A stretch of 64,000 bases of DNA from Patescibacteria group bacterium (lineage in GTDB: Bacteria > Patescibacteriota > Microgenomatia > Daviesbacterales > UBA10151): positions 31,725 to 95,724 of the forward strand of contig JBBTSA010000010.1 in assembly GCA_038064895.1 (NCBI GenBank). The letters run 5' to 3'. Below are positions 26,731 to 34,840 of the stretch, piece after piece. A program made the translations under genes and the position numbers. A model generated the notes under the pieces. The model was not told the DNA's origin. It made no database searches and was given only the letters and a program-made list of their open reading frames with translations. Positions within the stretch are counted from its first letter, which is position 1; the number at the start of each line of letters is the position of its first letter.

Positions 26731-27468
26731 ATGGCTTACAGAACAAGGTCTGCAAGAAGGCTGGCTAGAAAAAGTAAAAGAAATTTTATAATTACCCTTA
26801 TCTTAATAGGATTTTTAATCTATGCTACACTGCAGTGGATCCTTCCAACCTTAATAACAGGACTCGGGTTTGTCACAAGCTTTGTCAAACCTTCCCCAAA
26901 AAAGACATACACAACTGAAAATTTCTCCCTGGCACCACCTGTGTTAAACATCCCCTATGAAGCAACTAATACTGCCCAAATTAATATAAGCGGATATGGC
27001 ACCCCAGATTCTAAGGTTTCCATTTACATTGATGATGAAAAAAAAGATACCACAGAGGTTTCTCCGGACGGTACTTTCGAGATAAAAAATGTGTCTTTAG
27101 TCCTAGGAACAAATAGTATATATGGAAAAAGTATTGACCCCGATTTTATCGGGGTTGATGAAAATGAAAAAGAAAGTCTACCTTCAAAAGTTATAAAAGT
27201 AATTTATGATAGTGAAAAACCCCTTCTTGAAATAAGTGAACCGGAAGACGGGAAGATACAACAAGGAGAAAAAAAGGTAAAAATTTCTGGAAGGACTGAA
27301 TCTCAAGCTAAAGTTTCGGTAAATGACAGTCAAGTTGTAGTAGGATCCGACGGAATATTTAATATTCAGTTGCAACTGAACGACGGTGAAAATGTTTTAA
27401 ATATAAAGGCACAAGATTTGGCAGGAAATTCTCAAGAAATCTCAAGAAGAGTAGTTTTTAATCCTTAA
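26731..27468 (+). CDS. Membrane-anchored protein with bacterial Ig-like (Big) domains. The likely start is M22 of the listed ORF.
   Basis: MAYRTRSARRLARKSKR, then a TM helix, then beta-rich domains ending ISGRTESQAKVSVNDSQVVVGSDGIFNIQLQLNDGENVLNIKAQDLAGNSQ (Ig-like). Confidence 0.55.
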   Translation: MAYRTRSARRLARKSKRNFIITLILIGFLIYATLQWILPTLITGLGFVTSFVKPSPKKTYTTENFSLAPPVLNIPYEATNTAQINISGYGTPDSKVSIYIDDEKKDTTEVSPDGTFEIKNVSLVLGTNSIYGKSIDPDFIGVDENEKESLPSKVIKVIYDSEKPLLEISEPEDGKIQQGEKKVKISGRTESQAKVSVNDSQVVVGSDGIFNIQLQLNDGENVLNIKAQDLAGNSQEISRRVVFNP

Positions 27469-27481
27469 AATTTTAAAAATT

Positions 27482-28624
27482 ATGGATGCAATTCTCCTAG
27501 TATTATCGTTGAGTTTTGGTCAACTGATTAAAGTGCCGATTGAAACGCAAGGCGGTCTAATTTTACTTGATTTAGCAGTAATAATTTTGTGCGTCCTGGG
27601 ACTCTTCCATACCTCCTTTAGACTTGCAAAACCCCCAATTTGGGTAAAGGCAGCTTTAGCATTTATTATGGTGGCCACAGCCTCATTAATTTTTACACCG
27701 CTTACTCTTACCCCATTTGAGTATTTTATATCATTCTCGTACATTATTCGGTTTTCCCTCTATATCTTTCTCGGATGGTTAATTTTTTCAAATGCCCTCC
27801 CGAATATAAAGGAAAATATTCACAAGGTTTTGCTTTTTTCTGGATTCACCATCGCAGTTTTGGGAACTTTGCAACTTGCGTTCATACCTGATCTAAGATT
27901 TATAACTAGATTTTACTGGGACCCTCACTTTTTCAGAACCGTTTCAACATTTTTAGATCCTAATTTTACCGGGGCATTTCTTGTTTTAACACTAATACTC
28001 TGGTACCAAAACCGTGTAGTATCGAAAAAGTGGCACTTACACATAGGGATTATTATCTATATTGCTCTTCTGACAACATTTTCAAGAGGTTCGTATTTAG
28101 CTTTTCTAACGGCTTTTTTAACATTATCTTTAATGAATAAATCCCTTAAATTAGGATTGATAACTATACTGTTGTTTTTGGGGCTGTTGCTTGGATTTTT
28201 ATCTTACGAAAGACTTGTAGCAGAACCTAAGGATATAGATAGAGCCCAATCTGCGCAGTCAAGATTAGGTACCTGGCAACAGGGCTTGGAACTTTTCCAA
28301 AATCATCCAATCCTGGGTATAGGTTTTAACAGTTATAGATTTGCGCTACGGCAGTACAATCTTGGGGATAAGCTTTTTTTACAAAGTCGCGGTTCATCCA
28401 CAAATGACTCCTCCTTTTTGTATATCACAGCAACAACAGGAATAATCGGTTTAAGTGTTTATATATTCTTCTTATTAACAATTGTCGGAAAAAGAAAATC
28501 CTATTTAACTTCAGGACTAATGGGACTTATTGCCCAAAGTTTTTTTACAAATACATTATTTTACCCGCCTGTCTTACTTTGGGTTATATTAGTTGCAGCA
28601 CTGGAAGACAAAACTTTTTCATAA
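27482..28624 (+). CDS. O-antigen ligase/polymerase-like (Wzy_C family) polytopic membrane protein
   Basis: More than 10 TM helices with a periplasmic loop RLGTWQQGLELFQNHPILGIGFNSYRF, typical of the Wzy_C family. Confidence 0.65.
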   Translation: MDAILLVLSLSFGQLIKVPIETQGGLILLDLAVIILCVLGLFHTSFRLAKPPIWVKAALAFIMVATASLIFTPLTLTPFEYFISFSYIIRFSLYIFLGWLIFSNALPNIKENIHKVLLFSGFTIAVLGTLQLAFIPDLRFITRFYWDPHFFRTVSTFLDPNFTGAFLVLTLILWYQNRVVSKKWHLHIGIIIYIALLTTFSRGSYLAFLTAFLTLSLMNKSLKLGLITILLFLGLLLGFLSYERLVAEPKDIDRAQSAQSRLGTWQQGLELFQNHPILGIGFNSYRFALRQYNLGDKLFLQSRGSSTNDSSFLYITATTGIIGLSVYIFFLLTIVGKRKSYLTSGLMGLIAQSFFTNTLFYPPVLLWVILVAALEDKTFS

Positions 28625-29751
28625 ACACTTAAAGTTGCCTTTGCAGCTTTTTCCCAAGAAAATTTTTTAGCTTGTTCAAAACCTTTTTTTACTAAATCCT
28701 CTCTTAATCTTTGATTATGCAAAATCCTTTCAACCGCCTCTACTATATCCCCTGTATCCTTTGGGTTTACATAAAGGGCAGCGTTCCCTCCCACCTCGGT
28801 TAAACTGGAAGTCTTAGAAGTAATAACCGGACAACCGCATGCAAAAGCTTCAAGAACAGGAAGACCCAAACCTTCATAAAGCGAGGGGAAAAGAAACAGC
28901 TTTGCTCCGGAAAAAAGAGCCGGTAAATCCTTATCATTAACAAAATTTGTAAGGATTATCTTATCTTCAACTCCAAGATCCTTTATTTTCCTCCTCCAAT
29001 CTCTCTCTTCTGAACCAATCAAATTGCAAACCACAACCAAGTTTAAATCTAAATTTTTAGTTAGTGCAAACATTCTCTCTGTATTTTTATGGAAACTGTG
29101 TGTACTGACAGTTAAAATATATTTATTCTTAATCCCGTATTTACTTAACACCCTGGTTACTTCTTGTTTATTGATAACTTTAAATCTCTCATCAAATGCT
29201 CCGTACACAATGTCTATTTTGTTTGCAGGAATCTTTAGAATTTCTATTAAATCCTTTTTAGAAGACTTTGAAATAGTAATAATCCTGGATGCCTTTTTTG
29301 CTTGTTCCAACCTTTTCAAATACCAATCTTTAGCTTTTTTGTTTTTAAAATATTTATCCGGAAAGACTAAAGGGATTACATCATATAAAGTAACAACAGT
29401 CGGAATATCAGTTGGGATATCTAAATAATACACTTCAAAAAGAGACGTTATATGTACTAAATCAGGTTTTATTTTTTTCAGTATTCCGGACCAAACAAAC
29501 GAAAAAAAAGGATCCAGCCGTCTCAACCCCCTTTTGGGCCAATATAGCGCAGGTATAGAGGTAAATTTATCTTGTGGATCGACTTTGAATTTCTTTGGTA
29601 ATTTCTTACCCGGAAAAGTGATGAGATTAAAAGAAAAATTAGGATGGGGCGCAGTAAGCAGATGTTCAAATAGTGATTTGTTATAGTAACCTATCCCTCT
29701 TTTTCCGGTTGGGCTCTCTAAACATCTTAAGTCAACTGCAATTTTCTTCAT
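28561..29751 (-). CDS. GT4-family glycosyltransferase
   Basis: C-terminal GT-B motif EGLGLPVLEAFACGCPVITSKTSSLTEVGG (E-x7-E-like). Confidence 0.8.
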   Translation of the reverse strand: MKKIAVDLRCLESPTGKRGIGYYNKSLFEHLLTAPHPNFSFNLITFPGKKLPKKFKVDPQDKFTSIPALYWPKRGLRRLDPFFSFVWSGILKKIKPDLVHITSLFEVYYLDIPTDIPTVVTLYDVIPLVFPDKYFKNKKAKDWYLKRLEQAKKASRIITISKSSKKDLIEILKIPANKIDIVYGAFDERFKVINKQEVTRVLSKYGIKNKYILTVSTHSFHKNTERMFALTKNLDLNLVVVCNLIGSEERDWRRKIKDLGVEDKIILTNFVNDKDLPALFSGAKLFLFPSLYEGLGLPVLEAFACGCPVITSKTSSLTEVGGNAALYVNPKDTGDIVEAVERILHNQRLREDLVKKGFEQAKKFSWEKAAKATLSVYEKVLSSSAATNITQSKTGG

Positions 29752-30353
29752 TTTACAATTTTTGCAAGAAACATAGTATTTATTACCTTATAAACAATCC
29801 GTCCCCTAAGGATAGTTTTTCTGTGAGGATTGTAACTTAAATTTTTTAAAATGTGGTACTTTTTGGATAAGAGTTTGTACCAGTTTTCATCAGTCAAAAG
29901 CCTCTCATCACCAAAATCCAAAACAGAATAATATTTATTAGGGACACTAAGTATGACTACTTTACCTACTCTTAATTGTTCATCCAGCAGTTTAAAAATT
30001 TCATCATCCTGGAAGTGCTCCAGAAGCCCTTGGCTCAGTACCACATCGAATGATTTATCCTTAAAAGGTAAATTAAAAGCATTTCCATGAATAAATTTGG
30101 CCTTTCCATTTAATTTTTTGGATAAATTTCTGGCTTTTTTCAAAATATCTTGATCATTATCCAAACCAGTAACATCTAAACCTAAATAAGAAAAAAATAT
30201 AGACATAGAGCCTGTACCCACTCCTATCTCCAGTATTTTTTTTGGGGCCTCCTCCCAAACCCAAGTAAACAATTCCAAGTGACAAAAGGTATTTTGAATC
30301 AGAAACTTTAAATTAACTGTTTTGGAATAAAATTTTCCCCAGCTTTTCTTCAT
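29748..30353 (-). CDS. Class I SAM-dependent methyltransferase
   Basis: Motif I ILEIGVGTGSMSIFFSYLGLDVTGLDNDQD. Confidence 0.7.
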   Translation of the reverse strand: MKKSWGKFYSKTVNLKFLIQNTFCHLELFTWVWEEAPKKILEIGVGTGSMSIFFSYLGLDVTGLDNDQDILKKARNLSKKLNGKAKFIHGNAFNLPFKDKSFDVVLSQGLLEHFQDDEIFKLLDEQLRVGKVVILSVPNKYYSVLDFGDERLLTDENWYKLLSKKYHILKNLSYNPHRKTILRGRIVYKVINTMFLAKIVK

Positions 30354-31576
30354 GATTTTAGTACCTTAGTCATCAGGAATATAAAGAAAATAATAAAACT
30401 TAAAGCTTCTGAAGCAACTGTTATCCATGAAGCAGCCAAATATCCGTATTGAGGAATAAATATCAAGTTTAAGCATATGTTTAAGCTTAACAAAATTACT
30501 GAAAAAGCAAGAATTGTTTTAAGATATTTATCTGATGAAAATAAAACTTGTACTGCCGGGAAATGACAAAACAAAAAAGGTATGGCAAAAGATAGTATTT
30601 GAATCGCTTTAATTGCCGGAATGTAACCGGGTAAGAATGTTTGTACTATCACAGGCAATATAAGTAGATAACCCCCTACCACTGCCAGGCTTAACAGAAA
30701 TAAAACTTTTAGGCTTTTGAAATAGATTTTTTTAACCTGGTTTTTATCGGTTTCATGAAGTTTTGCCAAGACAGGAAAGATAGCTGTTGATAAAGCTGCA
30801 GGAATAAAAACCAAAGCTTCTAAAAATTTATATGCTGCTCCATATAGGCCGGTTTCAAAATTTCCTTTCATATAACTTAGAATGAGAGTGTCTATCCTAA
30901 AATATAAAAGCCCTAAAATGCCTATGAGTCCGTACGGCAGCGATCCTTTAATAATCTGTTTTAAATTTTTCCAGTTTACATCTAAAGAGAGGTGAAGCCG
31001 CAATTTTTTTAAAAAAAAGGCTTGCAAGACCAAATAAAACAATTGGCCCCAAACCAAAGCAGTGACCGCTCCTGTTGGTCCAAAACCAGAATTTATCATA
31101 GCCATCCCTAAAATTGTTGTGGAAAAACTTAAGACAATAAGTGAAATTGAAGAATATTCAAGCTTTCTGATAGCCATAAAAATACCGTCAAAAGTTAAAT
31201 TAACTGCTTGGGGAACAACAGCTAAAACCGCCAGGAGGGTAATGCTGACGCGTATTTTATCTGGGTCCAGAAAATATAAGATGACAGAAAATACTGCAAA
31301 AAGAACCGTTGTAAAAGTTAATCTTAGACAACTAATGCTGGCACAAAGAGATGTTGCTTTTTCGCTACTGCGGGCCACCTCTCTTACCAAAAATCTGGTA
31401 AAACCAAATTCTGCTGCAGATGAAACAATGGAAAAATAGGCTAAAGCTGCACTGTAAAGTCCAAAATCAGAAACCCCTAAATTTTTTGCCAAAAAAATTG
31501 TATAAAAAAATCCAACAATTCTGGTTAAAACCTGGGCCATTATTAACCAGGAGCTTTGTTTAAGTATTTCTTTCAT
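30350..31576 (-). CDS. Wzx-like polysaccharide/O-unit flippase (MOP superfamily)
   Basis: 408 aa with about 12 TM helices and an N-terminus (IVGFFYTIFLAKNLGVSDFGLYSAA) typical of polysaccharide biosynthesis protein flippases. Confidence 0.65.
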   Translation of the reverse strand: MKEILKQSSWLIMAQVLTRIVGFFYTIFLAKNLGVSDFGLYSAALAYFSIVSSAAEFGFTRFLVREVARSSEKATSLCASISCLRLTFTTVLFAVFSVILYFLDPDKIRVSITLLAVLAVVPQAVNLTFDGIFMAIRKLEYSSISLIVLSFSTTILGMAMINSGFGPTGAVTALVWGQLFYLVLQAFFLKKLRLHLSLDVNWKNLKQIIKGSLPYGLIGILGLLYFRIDTLILSYMKGNFETGLYGAAYKFLEALVFIPAALSTAIFPVLAKLHETDKNQVKKIYFKSLKVLFLLSLAVVGGYLLILPVIVQTFLPGYIPAIKAIQILSFAIPFLFCHFPAVQVLFSSDKYLKTILAFSVILLSLNICLNLIFIPQYGYLAASWITVASEALSFIIFFIFLMTKVLKS

Positions 31577-31599
31577 CCATAAATTGTACCAAATTTTTG

Positions 31600-31671
31600 T
31601 GGAGTCGACAGGGTTTGAACCTGTGACCTCCCCGATGTGAACGGGGCGCTCTACCGCTGAGCTACGACTCC
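31600..31671 (-). tRNA. tRNA-Val (anticodon CAC)
   Basis: GGAGTCG-TA-GCTC-AGCGGTA-GAGC-G-CCCCG-TTCACAT-CGGGG-AGGTC-ACAGG-TTCAAAC-CCTGT-CGACTCC-A. 72 nt. Confidence 0.85.
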
Positions 31672-31734
31672 GCTACCACATTTTAACATTCACACTCTTG
31701 CGCAACAACTCAAACCTTTGAGATAATCAAACTC

Positions 31735-32319
31735 ATGAACAATATAGATGATTATTTTGGCCCGGAGGAAAATAAAGGCTTTTTTGAAAATTTTAAATCC
31801 CACATAATAGATTTTATTCAAACCCTTGTTGTATTTGGAGCAATTTTTGCTCTGATTTATTTATTTGTATCCCAACCACACAAAGTTTCAGGTAATTCCA
31901 TGGTACCGACTTTTAAAAACGGTGACTATATTTTGACCGATAAGCTAAGTTACAGATTCGGTGTCCCCAAAAGGGGAGATATTATTGTATTAAAAAATCC
32001 AAGAGATGAATCGCAGGATTTCATAAAAAGAATTATCGCAATCCCGGGAGACACTTTACAAATTGAAAACTTACAAGTTTTTGTAAATGGGCAAACTCTC
32101 TCTGAATCTTACTTACCTGCGGAAACCCCAACACGTACGGGAAGCTTCTTAACAGAAGGGTCAGAGGTAAAAGCCGGCCCTAATCAATACTTTGTTTTCG
32201 GCGATAATAGAGAACATTCTTCCGATTCAAGAGAATGGGGACCGGTTTCAAAAGAAGAGATTGTGGGTAAAGTGTTTTTCAGATATTGGCCTCCAAAAAC
32301 CCTTGGTCTCATCCCTTAA
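31735..32319 (+). CDS. lepB: Signal peptidase I (S26 family)
   Basis: SGNSMVPTFKNGDYILTDK (catalytic Ser box), RGDIIVLKNP, GDNREHSSDSREWG. Confidence 0.85.
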   Translation: MNNIDDYFGPEENKGFFENFKSHIIDFIQTLVVFGAIFALIYLFVSQPHKVSGNSMVPTFKNGDYILTDKLSYRFGVPKRGDIIVLKNPRDESQDFIKRIIAIPGDTLQIENLQVFVNGQTLSESYLPAETPTRTGSFLTEGSEVKAGPNQYFVFGDNREHSSDSREWGPVSKEEIVGKVFFRYWPPKTLGLIP

Positions 32320-33160
32320 GCCTAAAATAACCCACTACAGCTTCGCGAATATCTAAAAGTATAGGCGTTGTAACAAGCGGCTCACCCTCTAAAACAAGTT
32401 CCAATGTGGCCTTTTTGCCGGTTTGAACATATTTCACTTGAGATTTTGCTTTTTGAGAAAGCGTTTGGGTTAAATCATTCTGCACAAGATCCAATTCTTC
32501 AGAAATCCTATGCATGGATTCCGTGACAGCACTCTTTTTGGGCCCTACAAAATGTTGAGACCGAAATCTTCTTACAAACTCTTCTGTTCCCCTTACTGAC
32601 AGATTTCTCTTTAAAACTTCTTTGTAAGCCTCAATTATAAGGTGAGGATCTTCCAATGCAGAAAGGGCTCTTGCATGCCCTTCTGTTGTTGCACCGCTCA
32701 TTAAAGCATCCTTGAGGGCATCCGGCAAAGTCAGAAGTCTTATTGTATTGGAAATATATGATGGAGACTTTGATACCCTTTCTGCAATCTCGGCATTGGT
32801 TAAACCAAATTCCTCCATGAGTCTTTTATAGGCTTGAGCACGTTCCAAGGGATTTAGATCAATTCTTTGTACATTTTCAACAATTGCCATCTCAAGCATG
32901 CCTTGCGGAGATGTCTCACGAATGATTACCGGTACCCTACTAAGTCCTACCAATTTCCCGGCTCTCCAACGTCTTTCTCCTGCTATAATTTGAAATCCTG
33001 CAGGAGTTTTTGCAACGACTAGGGGCTCTAAAACTCCGTGAGCTCTTATAGATTCGGCCAGTTCGGAAAGGGATTCTGGAGAAATTAAACCTCTTGGTTG
33101 CAGCGGATTTGGTTGCAAAAGGTCAATTTCTAATTCAAAAATTTGTTCTTGATTGTCCAC
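32309..33160 (-). CDS. parB: ParB/Spo0J chromosome-partitioning protein
   Basis: ParB N-terminal box GERRWRAGKLVGLSRVPVIIRE with an HTH region following. Confidence 0.8.
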   Translation of the reverse strand: MDNQEQIFELEIDLLQPNPLQPRGLISPESLSELAESIRAHGVLEPLVVAKTPAGFQIIAGERRWRAGKLVGLSRVPVIIRETSPQGMLEMAIVENVQRIDLNPLERAQAYKRLMEEFGLTNAEIAERVSKSPSYISNTIRLLTLPDALKDALMSGATTEGHARALSALEDPHLIIEAYKEVLKRNLSVRGTEEFVRRFRSQHFVGPKKSAVTESMHRISEELDLVQNDLTQTLSQKAKSQVKYVQTGKKATLELVLEGEPLVTTPILLDIREAVVGYFRLKG

Positions 33161-33178
33161 GATATTAATTCTTATCCA

Positions 33179-33424
33179 TCAAATTACATTAACAATTGTT
33201 TTGTCCAGTTTCTTCTTAAACTCCACTTTACCCGATGAAACTGCAAAAATTGTGTAGTCGTTCCCCTGTTTCGTACCGACCCCCGAATAAAACTTATTCC
33301 CTTTTTGTCTAACTATTATATTGCCTGAAGAAACAATCTGTCCGCCATATTTTTTGACTCCTAATCTTTTGGAGATGGAATCCCGATTTTTTTTAGTTGT
33401 AGATCCGCCTTTTTTATGTGCCAT
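33179..33424 (-). CDS. rpmA: 50S ribosomal protein L27. The real start is MAHKKGG, internal to the listed ORF.
   Basis: MAHKKGGSTTKKNRDSISKRLGVKKYGGQIVSSGNIIVRQKGNKFYSGVGT is the canonical L27 sequence. Confidence 0.9.
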   Translation of the reverse strand: MAHKKGGSTTKKNRDSISKRLGVKKYGGQIVSSGNIIVRQKGNKFYSGVGTKQGNDYTIFAVSSGKVEFKKKLDKTIVNVI

Positions 33425-33464
33425 GAAAAGGAGTATAACTTCTGTGAAAACTAAAATCAATATA

Positions 33465-33770
33465 TCATTTTTTCACAGTATAAATAAGTTCGGTTTTCCT
33501 TGGCCTAATACCTGTAACTTTTCTATAATTTGCTTTAGCATGGAATTTCGCTACTCTGATTTTATCTCCTTTTACCATCTCAATAATGTCCAAAGTAAGC
33601 TTCTCTTTTAAATAGGGGGTTCCAATTTTAACTTTGCCATTTTCTGCTAACATCAGAACCAATGCTTCAGTCTTTTTTTCCCTATCATTTAACCGGTCCA
33701 CAATAAATGGCTGATTTGGAAAAACCCTATATTGTTTTCCGGAAATTTCACAAATAGCATAATCTAACAT
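33465..33770 (-). CDS. rplU: 50S ribosomal protein L21
   Basis: MLDYAICEISGKQYRVFPNQPFIVDRL... is the L21 pattern. The rplU-rpmA pair is conserved. Confidence 0.9.
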   Translation of the reverse strand: MLDYAICEISGKQYRVFPNQPFIVDRLNDREKKTEALVLMLAENGKVKIGTPYLKEKLTLDIIEMVKGDKIRVAKFHAKANYRKVTGIRPRKTELIYTVKK

Positions 33771-33779
33771 GCGAAGATT

Positions 33780-34835
33780 CTACATTTTCTTTCTGTACTT
33801 TGCAACAGATGCTACAAAGCCTAAGGCTAGTAAAGTTGCAATAAGTGAAGATCCGCCATATGAAATTAGAGGAAGCGTAATGCCCGTTATTGGTAAAACT
33901 CCAACATTCATTCCAATATTAACAACGGTTTGAAAAAGAAGCATCGCTACAACTCCCAGGATTATTAGGTAACCAAAACGGTCATAAGCGCTTGCTGCAA
34001 TCTTCATACAGAAACTAAGCAAGAAAAGATATATTGATAGAATTAAGGTTGATCCTAAAAATCCCAACTCTTCTGCAATAGCGGCAAAAATAAAATCTGT
34101 TCTGAATTCGGGTAAAAATTGGAGTCTGGATTGGGTTCCGCGGCCTAATCCTCTTCCCAGCAGTTGCCCAGAACCAATGGCGATTTGAGACTGGATTAAA
34201 TTATACCCTCTACCTAAAGGGTCTGACTGCGGATCTAAAAATCCTGTTATTCTTTCTTTTTGATAATCTTTTAATGAAAAAATACCCGGAGGTGTAACTA
34301 CTATAAGAAATAGCAAAATAACTAAAGTCTTTTTAAAAGAAATGCCTGATGCAAAAAGCATTGTTGCCCAGATAGCCATGATAGTAAGTGTGGAACCTAA
34401 ATCAGGCTGCTTAAAAATCAGAAAAATAAAAGGAAGCGTCCAAAGTAGACTTTTAAGGATATTCCCCGTGTTAGGAGAGTTCATGGTCCAAAATTGTGCT
34501 AGAAAAAGAATAAGAGCAGGCTTTGCAAATTCTGAAGGCTGAATATTAATAATGCCTAAAGGTATCCATCTTAAAACTCCTCTTGTTTCAATACCTAAAA
34601 ACAAAACAATCAATAAAAGTAAAATTACAGAAATATAAAAAGGTAAAATAAAATTTTTTATGGAACGGTAATCAAATTGTGAGGTAAAAAGATAAATCAA
34701 AAGGCCAAAAAAAGCAAATATTGCCTGTAAAATTGCAAGCTCCTTAGAGGAAGAATAAATTACTAAAATACCAACAGAAAGAAGAAGTATTACACAAATT
34801 GTAACTGGCCAATTAATTAATGAAAATAACTTCAC
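33780..34835 (-). CDS. SEDS-family glycosyltransferase (FtsW/RodA/SpoVE). It lies outside the dcw cluster and is probably RodA-like.
   Basis: About 10 TM helices. Conserved C-terminal region GSTLILSIYLFLLSFCMKIAASAYDRFGYLIILGVV...LPITGITLPLISYGGSSL. Confidence 0.8.
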   Translation of the reverse strand: MKLFSLINWPVTICVILLLSVGILVIYSSSKELAILQAIFAFFGLLIYLFTSQFDYRSIKNFILPFYISVILLLLIVLFLGIETRGVLRWIPLGIINIQPSEFAKPALILFLAQFWTMNSPNTGNILKSLLWTLPFIFLIFKQPDLGSTLTIMAIWATMLFASGISFKKTLVILLFLIVVTPPGIFSLKDYQKERITGFLDPQSDPLGRGYNLIQSQIAIGSGQLLGRGLGRGTQSRLQFLPEFRTDFIFAAIAEELGFLGSTLILSIYLFLLSFCMKIAASAYDRFGYLIILGVVAMLLFQTVVNIGMNVGVLPITGITLPLISYGGSSLIATLLALGFVASVAKYRKKM

Positions 34836-34840
34836 TTTTT

